From Camelus dromedarius (lineage: Eukaryota), in contig NC_087436.1 in NCBI RefSeq assembly GCF_036321535.1, positions 82,090,001 to 82,154,000 on the forward strand: a stretch of DNA of 64,000 nucleotides, read 5' to 3'. The stretch's first letter is position 1, and each line of letters begins with the position of its first letter. The notes beneath the pieces are model-generated. The model saw nothing but the letters and a program-made list of their open reading frames with translations, did not search any database and was not told the origin of the DNA. Positions 12,531 to 23,930 of the stretch are shown here, piece after piece. Made by a program: the position numbers and the translations under genes.

Positions 12531-14009
12531 TTTTAAGTCCTCTGATTGTGTAATAAGGAGGCAAGGAAGTGACTTTGCCAGTTTCCAAGTTACTCTTCTA
12601 CACAACCTGGTGTCTTATGTACTCAGCCATCCTTGAATTCAAGTCAAGTTCCTCCCTGAGGAACTAATCACCAGGTTTCTGGTTCTCTTGTCAAAATGAA
12701 CAATAAAGACAAAGGAAAGAGAAGCAATATTACAATAAATATCTTATTTTTCTTTGCCAAGCACCTCCTCCTCTCCTCTTTTATTACAGAAGCCTGTGTT
12801 TCCTTGGGAAACTACCCCAACCCACATTTAGTACTCATAGTTTGGGTGCACCTGACTCCATTCTAAATTCTAAGAATGGCCACGTGATACTGACTTAAGC
12901 TAATCAAAACAAGTGCCGCTTGCCTGGCTGCAGCGATCGGCTCAAGGATGAAAAAGGAAACACATTAACCCAACCAGCTTACGTATCCCAGAACTTCTGT
13001 GAGAATTTACAGAAAAGAGGCTCTTCTTGAAACTGTGAAGATAATATCATGAAACTGCTGGGAACACCAGACAGGGCACACCAGACCTATGATGGATAGA
13101 GCCAAGAGATGGAGAGGGACAGCCTCCTGAAACACGTTTGAGCACCTGAATTCAGCCCCGCCAGAAGTTAGATTTACTCATGGACTTGACATTTACAAGA
13201 GCTAGTAATTCCCCCTTTCTCTTCTTGTTTTGTTTTGTTTAATCCTGTTTGAACTGGCCTATCTACAGCAAGTGAGAAAGCAGACTCCCAGATACATAGA
13301 CCAACGATCAACTGTAACAGGAAGGAGGATGTGCTAGTAAAAAAAAGAAAGGGGGGGGGTGCTGGGCACTACATTCATACTGTATATTGCAAGTTTTATC
13401 TTTTTTGACCATGCACTCTATGGAGATAAGAAAACTAAGGCTCATGGTCACACTTAGTAAGTGAAAGAGCCATGACTTAAACTTGGGTTTTGGCTCCAAA
13501 TTTTGTCCCCTTTATAACACTGTGCCACAAATCTATGACACGTAACTACATAATATATAGCAATGTGTGTGCATTTTATACCCCTTCACCTGTCTCCTCT
13601 AAACGTGGGAAGGGAAGGTTAAGGAGTCTGTCAGTGGTAACTTCCTTAATAGCTTCCTTCTGACCATTCATCCTCACCATCACTGTTTATGTTTGGCTGT
13701 CACCCTCCAAGTTCCCTGCTCAAAAAATAAAATTCCCCTACATATTCTTCCATTAATATACAGTTTTGTCTTTCACATTTAAGCTCATAAATCGTCTGCA
13801 GTTTACCTTTGTACATAGTATTAAGAAGGAATCCAGTTTTATTGTCTCCACATGGTGGTCTAGTTGCCCATTTATCTGTCTGTCTATTCCAACACCAACA
13901 ATACCCAGTATTTATTACTATAGCTTTGTAATATGCCCTAATATCTGACGGGGCAAAACCTACTGTTTATTCTACTTTTCCAAAGTTGACTTAGCTATTT
14001 ATGAACCTT

Positions 14010-14213
14010 GTTGTTTCTTTTTTTTGTTTTTTTGTTTTTTACTTTAATTTTTTTCCTTTTTAATTTTTAAAATATTTTTTAAATTGACTTTTTTTCTTTC
14101 TTCTTCTTCTCCTTCTCTTCCTTCCCCTTCCCCTTCTCTTCCTTCCCCTTCCCCTTCTTCTTCTTCTCCTCCTTCCCCTTCCCCTTCTTCTTTTTCTTTT
14201 TTTTTTTCTTTTT
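14010..14213. repeat. Low-complexity T/pyrimidine-rich tract (TTC, TCC, TTCCCC units), the expanded tail of the 28S retrocopy
   Basis: Direct reading; from about 14088 to 14213 the + strand is purely pyrimidine. Confidence 0.9.
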
Positions 14214-14342
14214 CAAACCCTTGTGTCAAGGGCTGAGGGAGATGCTCTGCTATGTAAGAAACCCCAGCCCAGAAGCAGGTAGTCTAGGAATGGTTTAGCG
14301 CCAGGTTCCCCACGAACGTGCAGTGCGTGATGGGAGAGGGGG
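14214..14342 (-). pseudogene. Retroposed copy of the 28S rRNA 3' terminus with A-rich tail
   Basis: Minus strand reads CACGTTCGTGGGGAACCTGGCGCTAAACCATTC...CCTGCTTCTGGG...GACACAAGGGTTTG, the end of 28S rRNA. It is followed by an A/purine tail (14010-14213) and flanked by degenerate TSDs tatttatgaa (13996) / tatttataaa (14343). Confidence 0.92.
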
Positions 14343-15685
14343 TATTTATAAATTTTTACTCCTCCCTGTGAGTTTATCAAGTTCCTTAAATTTTCAACTA
14401 CAATTTTGATTGGGTTTATATTGGATTTATAGGCTAATTGGGGAACATTAATATCTGTGATATTGTTATCTCACCCCAAAGCATGAAATGTCCTCTCGCT
14501 TGTTCCGGTCATCCTCTGGGTCCTCTACTGCAGTTTTACATTTTTCTTCATAGATGTATTGCTGCTATTTTAAATGATATCTTTCCTTAAATTACATTGT
14601 CTAGTTCATTATTGCTGCTGTAGAGAAAAGCAATTAATTTGTGTCTGTTGTGCTGGTATCAAAAATATTGTTCAACTTTCCTATTCTAATAAGTTTATGA
14701 TTTGTTTCTGTTGGTTGTTCTCTATAAATAATCATATTATCTGGAAAAATGACATTTTAGTCTTTTCTCTTATATCTCTTCACCTTTTACAAAATTTCCT
14801 AATAGCATTGGTCAAGACCAGTAATTCTATACTAAATATTACCAGGAATATTGAACACTCTTTCCCTTTTCCTGATCTCAAAGGAATATATTTAAGATTT
14901 CTCCATTTGTTTTCATGTTTGCTGATAAGAATAAACTACACATTAATTATACCTTAAAACTTGGGTAGAAATTTTCTGTATAAACATTTAGGCCTGGAGG
15001 TTTTATTCTGTTTTGTTTAATATTTATTGATCGAGTCAAGTTTTTTTCTCCTTGCAATATTTTTGCAGTTTTGTGTTTCTTCTTCAGTTTTGTCCATTTC
15101 ATTTAGGTTTTCATATTTATTTTCATATTATATTATTCATAATACTGCTTTGCTAAGTTTTAATTTCTGTTGAGACTGTGGTTAATTCCATTTTTTCATA
15201 TTATTATTTATTTGTGGTTTCTTTCTCTCTCTCTTCATCAATTTTGCCATGGACTTGCCTCTCATTTAATATTTCTTTAATATTTTCTGTCTTTTAAAAA
15301 ATATTGTTGCTTTTATTTCTTCCCTTTATTTGTATTATTTATTTTTATTTTTTGCTTCCTTTCTGTTTCCTTGGATATTACTTTTATTCAAATATCATAG
15401 TTAAATGCTTAGCTGCTTCATTTTAAAGCTATCTTATTTCTTAATAAATATATATACTTACATGTATTATTTTCATTGCTACTGATTTCCAAGTATTAAT
15501 TTACTTTGCATTTTCCTTTTTAACATGAAGGTTATTCAGAAATACATGTTTCAAATATGTAAAATTGCATCTATCCTTTTGTAATTAAATTTTAACTTCA
15601 TGGTAATGTGCTTAGACAAAGCTCCTCACAGAAATGACTCTAAGGGACAGTGGTGAAGGAAAACCCTCCCAGTAGGACTGTCTGC

Positions 15686-16130
15686 TGTACTGGGTTGAAT
15701 AGTGTTCTCCCCCAAAATGCATGTCTACCCAGAACCTGTGAACGTGGCCTTACTTGGAAATAGCATCTTTGCAGATGTAATCAAGTTAGGATGAGGTCCT
15801 ATTGGATTAAGGTGGGCCCTAACCCAATGACTGGTGTCCTTATAAGAGGGACATTTAGATGTGATACACAGGGAAATTGCCACGTGATGACAGAGGCAGA
15901 GACTGGAGTGATACATCTATGAGTCGAGGAACACAAGGATTTCCAGCAGACACCAGAAGCTAGGAAGAGGTGAGACATAATCCTTCCCTAGAACCTTCAG
16001 AGAGAGCATAGCCCTCTGACACTTTGTTTTCGGACTCCTAGCCTCCAGAGCTATGAGACTATAAACTTCTGTTGTTCCCAGCCACCTGATTTGTGGTCAT
16101 TTGTTTTGGCAGCCCTAGGAAGCTAATATA
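15686..16130 (+). mobile_element. MLT1B/C solo LTR inserted in ERV-L pol
   Basis: Canonical MLT1 motifs; perfect TSD tctgc (15681-15685 / 16131-16135). Confidence 0.9.
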
Positions 16131-16822
16131 TCTGCTTTGTCTGATGTGAGAAGACAGATGTATGTACACTAATTCATGTGTGGTTGCTAACTGTTTGGAT
16201 AGTTAGGAAAGGAAACGGATTGAAAGGTTGGTGACAAAGACATATGGAGAAGAGGAATGTTGATGGTCTTCTTGTAAAGGACAGATCATAAAGATATTTG
16301 TGTCTACCTAAGTGAATGCTCCCCAAAGGAGATTCACTGCAAAGGAGGCTGTTAATAATCCAGAGGACAAATGACATGCTCTGTGGATGTCAAACAACCT
16401 CTTTCTGCAGACATGCAATGCTTACTCAGTGGCCCGTGAACAAAATGGTCATGTCAGGGATGGAGGCTAGCCATGGAGTCCACAACATGGACTTCTCCTT
16501 ACCAAGGCTGGTCTGGCTAATGCTACTGCTGAGTGCCTTATCTGCCAACAGCAGAGACCATCACTGGCCCCCTGATAAGGCACCATTGCTCAGGGTGATC
16601 AGCAGCCACCCTGATCAGCAGCAGGCCGATTACATTGGAACTTTTCCATTGTTGAGAGGACAGAAAAAACATCCTCATTAGAATAGACACATATTCTGGG
16701 TACAAATGCCTTGTCTACCCATAATCATTCTGCCAGGACATCCATCAGTAGAGTCACAGAATGCCCTATCCACCATCATGGTATCCCACAGGGCATTGCT
16801 TCTGATCAAGAAACTGATTTCA

Positions 16823-16930
16823 AGGGGAGGGTGTATCTCAGTGGTAGAGCATGTGCTTAGCATGCCTGAGGTCCTAGGTTCAATTCCCAGTAACTCCGCT
16901 AAAAATAAATAAATAAATAAACCTAATTAG
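16823..16930 (+). mobile_element. Vic-1-type SINE inserted in the ERV-L integrase
   Basis: tRNA head plus (TAAA)n and cctaatta; degenerate TSD agaaactgatttca / agaaaattcatttca. Confidence 0.9.
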
Positions 16931-17124
16931 AAAATTCATTTCACAGCCATAGAAACGCAGTAGTGAACTGACACCTATAGAATAAACTGGTCTTACCACA
17001 CTCCATCATCTAGAAGTGGTTGCTGTAAAGGTGGAATTGCTTACTGAAAACTCAGTGATGGTGCCAGTTGCGAGAAAACACCTTTAAAGACAGGTTCTGT
17101 TTTGCAAGATGCTGCGTGTGCTTT

Positions 17125-17144
17125 TTTCACTTATTTATTTTATT

Positions 17145-17211
<67 letters not shown>

Positions 17212-17234
17212 TTTTGCAAGGGGAAGTAATTAGG
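17125..17234 (-). mobile_element. Severely 5'-truncated Vic-1-type SINE with (TAAA)n tail
   Basis: Only cctaattacttcccc plus a long (TTTA)n microsatellite remain; TSD gctgc(g/a)tgtgcttt (17111 / 17235). Confidence 0.8.
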
Positions 17235-18084
17235 GCTGCATGTGCTTTGAATCAGAGACTATTATGTTGTGGTATCGCCTCCACATCCCAGAACACATGG
17301 ATTCAGAACCAAGGGGTGTAAATAGGAGTGGCATCTCTCTCTACTGTATCAAATAACCCACTCACAAATTTTTGCTTCCCACCCTGGCGACTCTGAGATT
17401 TGCTGCTTTAAAGGTCTTTGTTCCCAAGGGAGAAACTCTTCCACCAGGGGACACGACAATGAGTGCCCTGAATGGGAAGATGAGGCTGCTACCTGGCCAT
17501 CTTGGACTTATTATGTCACAAAGTAACAGGTAGTAAAAAGGGTCTCTGTACTGATACAGTGATTGATCCCAACTACCAAGGAGAAACTTAGATTGCAGCT
17601 AGCCCATGAGGACCAGTAGGTCTATATTTGGAACCCAGGGCATTTCCTGGGGCATCCCTTAGTACTTCCATGCCCAACAGTAAGTACTAATTAAGGAAAT
17701 GTAACGAAAAAGAGGCAGGAATATCAAAGACTGATATGCTTCCAGAATGAAAATTAGGTCACTCTATTAGGAAACTGACCACCTAAGCGTCCAGCTGAGA
17801 GCAAAAGAAATGCAGAATAGGTGATAAAAGATGGGGGCCAACTGTGGCTCATGACCAGTTACAGAAATAAGGATGGTAATAGCTTTGCATATTTTCTCTT
17901 TGCTTGTTATGTGTATGTGTTTATTTGTAAATATTAAATGTTTCCTTCTTTTTCCCATTATTTCCCATACAAATTATTGTCAGCTAACTTTACAATTTAG
18001 TATGTGGTCTTTAGGCAATAGAATATTTAGTAGAATTGTGACTGAATTTGAGAAGTAACTAATACAGCCAGTGTTACAGTATAA

Positions 18085-18360
18085 TTTTTTTAATTTTTAT
18101 TTTTTAAAATTGTGGTAAAATATATATAACACAAAATTTACCACTTTAACCATTTTTAAATGTACAGCTAACTGGCATTAAGCACATTCACATTTTTGTG
18201 CAACCATCACCACCATCCATCTCCTGAACTTTTTCACCTTCCAAACTGACAATTGGTACCCATTAAATAGTAACTCCCCATGCTCCCCCTACCCCCAGGC
18301 CATAGGCAATCAGTATTCTTTCAACCTCTATGACCTTGACTACTCTAGGACTGGCTTATT
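18085..18360 (-). mobile_element. L1MB-like 3' end
   Basis: tgtggtaaaatatatataacacaaaatttacc...tgtgcaaccatcaccaccatccatctc motif. Confidence 0.8.
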
Positions 18361-18804
18361 TAAGGTATAAATTTTCGAAAGTTAAGATTTTAACTAATAC
18401 AAATATAAAATGAATACGTGTCAGAGGTTTTACTTAACTCACTCATTAATGAGGAAACCAGTAAGATGTTACAAGCAGATCAAAGAATTCAAACAACCAC
18501 ACATACATAAGCAACGATGAATACTAGAATGAATTTACAAAAAGATACAAGATGATCTAACCATAAGGAAATAATCAATTATATTTCACTGGACACAATT
18601 CATTTCCATTTCTATGGGCTAAAACTGTTTGCATTATTACTCATTTTCTACATCTTACGGAATTGTAAAAACAACCCAAAAACAGGAAAAGAAAAAGATA
18701 ACAAGGAAGTGTGCTCTGGGCAGAATATTCGATAACTATACACACAGAACATGGATGAATATTGACAAAATAGTACTGAGTAGGGGAAAAAAATGGAGGA
18801 GGAC

Positions 18805-19351
18805 TATGCCAGTTACCAGTTTACTGTTTATCAGCTCCAAAGCCACCTGGAGTGGGACCTGTGAACAACTGTCTTTTGCCAGCTGGTATGATGTTAAGCC
18901 TTATCAGCAGAGGGCACTGGAGGGACACCTCAAGGCATGGCAGAAACAGTGGCTTTTCTTCCTGGATCTTCCTGTTTCTGTGATGTCTCTTATGGGGATC
19001 CGGGGGCACTCACTCTCCAGCAAATTTTATCACCACCCTAGAGGAGGGCTTCCAGCTGACCAGCCCTGGGCTGCGGGCTGCACCCCAGCTCTGCACTGCA
19101 AGGAGGTCTGAATCTCTGCCTTGAAGATGGGACCTGTTTCGAGTTTGTTCCTCCAGTGGGTATTCTCCCTAAACCTTAGACGTAGGAGTGCTGCTTGCAT
19201 TTGCTAGTCTACGGTTTTCTTTTACCTCTCTCAATAGCTGTATTAACTTTGTGAAAAGTTGAACCACCTTTTTGTTAGTGCATAACCAACTCTTAACATT
19301 AAATTTTCCCTGATAAATTATCAGTGTGTTTTCTGTGTCCTGACTGATACA
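18805..19351 (+). mobile_element. ERV-L LTR (LTR33/LTR41-like), probable 3' LTR of the upstream provirus
   Basis: Preceded by a purine-rich PPT-like stretch (ggggaaaaaaatggaggaggac). Begins tatgccagtt and ends ctgactgataca. Confidence 0.6.
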
Positions 19352-19619
19352 ACTATAACCTTAGTTATTTTCTCCCTATTTATTTTCTAAACTTGTCATA
19401 TTATTACCTTAACAAAAGAAATATATACTGGCATGTCCTTCTGTCCCTTTCATTTCCCCTCAAGGCATCCATCATATTAATAATATCTAGGATTTTAGTT
19501 TTGCATTTAAGTGGATATATTTTCTCTCTCTTTTCTTTGGCCCCAGTTGCTTTTTCTTTTTTAAGGCTACAACAAGCTTTACTTAAATATATACTACTCT
19601 TACTTCTGATCTCTCTCTC

Positions 19620-19746
19620 TTTTTTTTCAAGGCAGGGGAGAAAGGTAATTATATTTATTTATTTATTTTTAGAGGAGGTACTGGGGATTGAACCCAGGAC
19701 CTCGTGCATGCTAAGGATGTGCTCTACTGCTTGAGCTATACCTTAC
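19620..19746 (-). mobile_element. Vic-1-type SINE
   Basis: ggaggtactggggattgaacccagg...gagctatacc. Confidence 0.9.
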
Positions 19747-20349
19747 TTATGGTAACTGTTGAAGCGCAATTGGACTTTTTATTTTTCTTCTCATTTCTGT
19801 ACTTCCTCAAAAATGTTATCAATGTGGATCTTTTTGTGGAATATTTTCTGAGAACATATATGCCTGAGGCTGAGTATCACTTTTCCTATGCTTTCATATT
19901 GGAATGACACTTTGACTGAATACAAGATTCTAGGCTCAAGTTTTTTTAGTACTTAACATATATTACTCCTTTGTCTTCCAGCAGCCAGTGTGCTGTCGAG
20001 AGGTCCAATATCAATATGATTCTTGTTCCTTTGTAGGTCACGTGTCCTCTCTTTTTCTAGAAAGTTTCAGATTTTTCTCTTTAGGTTTAGGTCTGGCTTT
20101 TCCTGATCTCCTCTTTGGCACTTTATGATCTGAAAGCATTCACTTTTTATTAGTTGTGAGAAATTTAACTTTACTCTTTTCTTCAAAAATATTCTCCTCT
20201 TCCTTATTCTTTCTAATTTTGTCTTTTGAGACTCCTTTTACATAAATGCTGGCAATTCTACTTTTATTCTCCACATCTCTTTTCTGTGTTTTATTCATTA
20301 TTATTCCCTGTTAGCTTTTCCATTTGTTTTGATGTGAGTTTCCAGAGGA

Positions 20350-20570
20350 CAGGTCAGCAAACTACAGCCCATGGGTCAAATCTAGCTTGCCACTTGTTTT
20401 CGTAAAAAAAAGTTTTGTTGGTTAGTCGTACTTACTCATTTATTTAGAAGCTATAGCTGCTTTTGTGCTACAAGGGCAGTTGAGTAGTTACAACAGAGGC
20501 CGTGTGATTCACAAAGCTTAAAATGCTTACCATCTAGCCCCTCACAGAAAAAAATCTGTCAACACATAGA
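20350..20570. mobile_element. MER58A-like hAT DNA transposon
   Basis: ggtcagcaaactacagcccatgggtcaaatctagc...ttttgtgctacaagggcagttgagtagt motifs. Confidence 0.75.
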
Positions 20571-20585
20571 GGATAAGAACAATTT

Positions 20586-20975
20586 TTAATACTTAAAAAA
20601 AAAATTCTATGCACCAAAGATTTTATTTTGACAGGCCTACTTTTTTTTAATTCTTATTTTTTGTTGAAGTGTACTCAATTTACAATGTTAGTTTCAGGTG
20701 GACAGCAAAGTGATTCAGTTTTACATGTACATAAATACATATCTCTTAAGTTTCTTTTCCATTACAGCTCATTTCAAGAAATTGAATACAGTTCCATGTG
20801 CTATATGATAGGTCTTTGTTGTTGTTGTTGTTGTTTTTATCTATTTTATATATAGGAATATGTATCTGCTAATCCCAAACTCCTACTTTTTTTTTAATGG
20901 AGGTACTGGGAATTGAACCCAGGACCTCATGCATGCTAAGCATGTACTCTATCACTGAGCTATTTCCCTTCCTCA
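20586..20975 (-). mobile_element. Vic-1-type SINE (20887-20974) with 3' extension, containing a nested L1 3' end (~20649-20881)
   Basis: Outer TSD gataagaacaattt (20572 / 20976); inner TSD cctacttttttt (20636 / 20882). Confidence 0.8.
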
Positions 20976-21254
20976 GATAAGAACAATTTGTTTTTCTTTC
21001 TATCCTGAAGACCTTGAATGTACCTTTCCCAGGTTTGTTGAATGAATGAATAAATAAATAACCTTTGAAAGGCAGATATTATTTCACAAGGTAGAAGTGA
21101 GAGATTATTTCAGAAGGTAGAAATAGAGCATTCCAGCTAAAGGCAACAGAAACAGTATGAGCAAAGACACAGAAGTGAAAATCAAGGGTAGATTTTCAGC
21201 AGAGCAAATATTTAACAAAAGTGAAGGCAAAAAGACTGATTTAAGAAGTATTCT

Positions 21255-21381
21255 GGGTGGGTGGTGGTGCAGCTCAGTGGTAGCGCATGTGCTTAACATG
21301 CAGGTGGTGCTGGGTTCAATCCCCTGTACCTCTATTAAAATAAATAACCTAATTACCTCCCCCTCAAAAAAAAAAAAAAAC
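21255..21381 (+). mobile_element. Vic-1-type SINE
   Basis: agctcagtggtag...ggttcaatcccc...cctaattacctccccc + poly(A). Confidence 0.9.
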
Positions 21382-21750
21382 AACTATTCTAGGGAGTCTT
21401 GACTCTAGAATGGGGAGTCGGAGCTTAATTCTCTTTGCAGTTGCCAGATATGTCTCATGACCAGAGATATGCTTAAGAAGGACTCAGACGGCAGCACTGT
21501 GGAGAACAGATTAGAGAGAAGAGAGACGGAGAACAGTTCAGAGGCTCCTATAATTGTGAAACGAAAAGCAGCTGACTCAATATGGCAATGGTAAATTCAG
21601 GGAGACAAGAGAGCTTGATAGACCTCGATAGACTTCACAGTCGTGGTCTACATCGAGCCCCCATAATATACTAACTGTGAGTAATTAGGCAAGTTGTTCA
21701 GTCTTTCTGAGTTTCCTCATCTGTAAAACATGTTGATTTAGTAAGGATGC

Positions 21751-22368
21751 AGTTAGGAATAACCCTCATGCCAGGTGGTAATTCAACAGAGAATTGACTA
21801 AGGGTGAGGCTGAAAGCCCCATAAGAAACCCAGCAGGGCCCCCAAGCAGGGCCATTACTCTCATGCTGGCATCATCCAGTTCCCTGGCCCAGAGGCTCTA
21901 TCTCACTTTCTGCCTCTGAAACAGCTTACTTACCCCTAAAATTTTATTGGTTCCCTGAGCTCACTTCTGATTGGTTATTTCCTTCACTACTGATTGGTTA
22001 TTACTCTCACTTCTGATTGGTCCACTTCCCTAACTTCTGATTGGTCCATTTGTAGTACTTCATTTGCATGGAGCTCATTCCTGATTGGTCATTTCTCTCA
22101 CTCCTGAATCGTCTATTTCTACAAAGCTTGTTCATGGTTGGTCAACTTCTGTTATACTTTATTTGCATATGATGTTACAAAGTGTAAAACTTGAAGCCTA
22201 TAAAGGCCTGTGTAAACCTACCAACTGGGTCCAGAGCTTGGAGTGTTTTCTCCTTTGGGTCTGGTGGTGTGATAAACCTGAGTTCTCCAACTCTGTGAGT
22301 GCTGCTTGGTCTCTCGCCCGGATCCGGGTTGCTGTCACAATTGAGCTGTAACACCGAGCTGTAACACA
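21751..22368 (+). mobile_element. ERV solo LTR with tandem inverted CCAAT boxes, octamers and TATA
   Basis: CTGATTGG at 21967, 21990, 22013, 22037 and 22081; ATTTGCAT at 22062 and 22161; TATAAA at 22199; ends gagctgtaacac x2. Confidence 0.8.
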
Positions 22369-22880
22369 TTTTTCTGCAGCAAGGGAACTAGTTAAAAGGT
22401 ACATACTTAGACCCAACAGGGAAAGGTGAGGTTACCCAGGGATTAAGCAACTACAGGAAGCCACGAACAGCCACACCCAAGGCTGTGACCAAGGGAAGAC
22501 ACAGTGTTACTGGAGCTCAGGAGACAAAGCCAAGCCTCAGGGTCTGTGAGAGCTAGCGCTTAGGGAGGTGGGGCAGCCACTGGGTCAGAGCCATTGCTCA
22601 GAGCAGAGACAGAAGAGTAGTACCCAGGAGTCTCCTCCCAGTGCCATTCATTGGCCAAACCCCGCCAGAAGCTGGTTTCCCGCAAAAAGCCTGGGAAAGG
22701 TGGTTTGCAAGAATCAACCCCTTGTGACTCACAGCAGAGTAGAAGAAGAGCAGAGACTGGATTTGAGGCAAACGAGCAACTAACCAGCACACTTGGGTAC
22801 ATCACTCAGGGTTACTGTGAACATCTTGGTTGAGATTACACACTGGACATAGTATACAACCTGTAAATGGTAAGCGCTAT

Positions 22881-23008
22881 TAAAAAAAAATGGGGGGGGG
22901 GTGTAATTAGATTTATTTATTTATTTGTTTAATGGAGGTACTGGGAATTGAACCCAGGACTGCATGTATGCTAAGCACACGCTCTACCACTGAGCTATAC
23001 CGTCCCCC
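22881..23008 (-). mobile_element. Vic-1-type SINE
   Basis: gtaattag...ggaggtactgggaattgaacccagg...actgagctatacc. Confidence 0.9.
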
Positions 23009-23381
23009 TCGTGCTGCTTTTTTAAATTACACTTTCTCACATCTCTATCTTTATCTTTTACTATCCTTCCTTTAACTGTAGACATATTGAAGTATTTCTA
23101 GTTTCTGAAATTCACCATGAACTCTATTACTCCAGGACCTGTGCATATTTAGCTCCCTCTGCGCACATAGCATTGTTTCCTCCCCAGTCATACACATTCC
23201 CCCCACTCTGTCTTTCCCTTCATGATTCATCTTGGGGTCTGCTTCTGGCAGGATGCCTTTCCGTAGTCCATCAGTGTTTGTTAGATGCCCCTGGCTAGAT
23301 TCTAATAGCATCCTTATGCATGCCTCTACCAAAGCAGTAAGCAGACTGAGTAACAATGATCTGTTTATTCGTTTATCTCTC

Positions 23382-23930
23382 CGTATTAGTTTTCTATCAC
23401 TGCGTAACAAAGCACCATAAGCCTTACAGCCTAAAACGACACCCATTTAGTACCTCACAGTTTCTGTAAGACAGAAGGCCAGCGAGCTTCACCTGAGTCC
23501 ACTGCTCAGGATGTCACCAGGCTGAAATCGAGATGTCCAGCTGTATCTTCCCTCATTTGGAGGCTTTACTGGGAAAGATCTATTTCCAAGTTCCCTTGAC
23601 AGAATTCATTTCCTGGCAGTTGTATGACTGAGGTTCCTATTTCTTTGCCAAGTGGTAGCCAAAGACCTCTCAGTATCTAGAGGCCACTCTCAGATCCTTG
23701 TTATGTGGCCCTCGTACAACGTACGATTTGGTCCTTCAAGGCCAAAGGAGAGTATCTGCTATAGCTTCAAATCTCTCTGACTTCCTCCTTCTTTGGCCCC
23801 TAGAGTTTCCATTTAAAAAGAACTCACTCGATTAGGTCAGACTCACTCACACGCAGAGAGGAAATTAAATTGCAAATACACACCAGAAGTGGGAATCTTC
23901 TGGGCCATCTTAGAATTCTGCCTTCGACAC
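23382..23930 (-). mobile_element. MLT1-type LTR, antisense
   Basis: gtattagtttt...gcgtaacaaagcacc...ctcacagtttctgta...agaattcatttcctggcagttgtatgactgagg motifs. Confidence 0.7.

Larger units (their letters stand above)
13760..15600 (-). mobile_element. Highly decayed antisense L1 (ORF2), host of the 28S retrocopy
   Basis: T-rich strand with L1 ORF2 antisense motifs (ttactatagctttgtaatatg, ttttgattggg...tggatttataggctaattgggg). Confidence 0.7.
15625..18070 (+). mobile_element. Decayed ERV-L internal region: RNase H, integrase (HHCC + core), dUTPase
   Basis: Frame-broken relics of ERV-L motifs: DSGEGK(P)SQ (~15648), YTNS..WKVGDKDIWRRGM (~16160-16260), GH..RDGG...AECLICQQQRP (~16450-16560), DYIG..IDTYSGY (~16630-16700), SDQET(H)F..YH..RWNCLLKTQ (~16800-17055), LPPGDT..LLPGHLG..VIDPNYQGE (~17435-17585). 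Confidence 0.88.

Noticed and set aside
14044..14229. Glu/Gly-rich ORF resembling an RPGR-ORF15-like repeat
   Set aside because: It is the translation of the purine-rich tail of the 28S retrocopy.
18629..19111. 160-aa ORF
   Set aside because: Non-ATG start, spans the internal/LTR junction of a decayed ERV, and has no recognisable domain.
21960..22110. CRISPR-like regularly spaced repeats
   Set aside because: Mammalian LTR U3 tandem units with homologous spacers; no cas genes.
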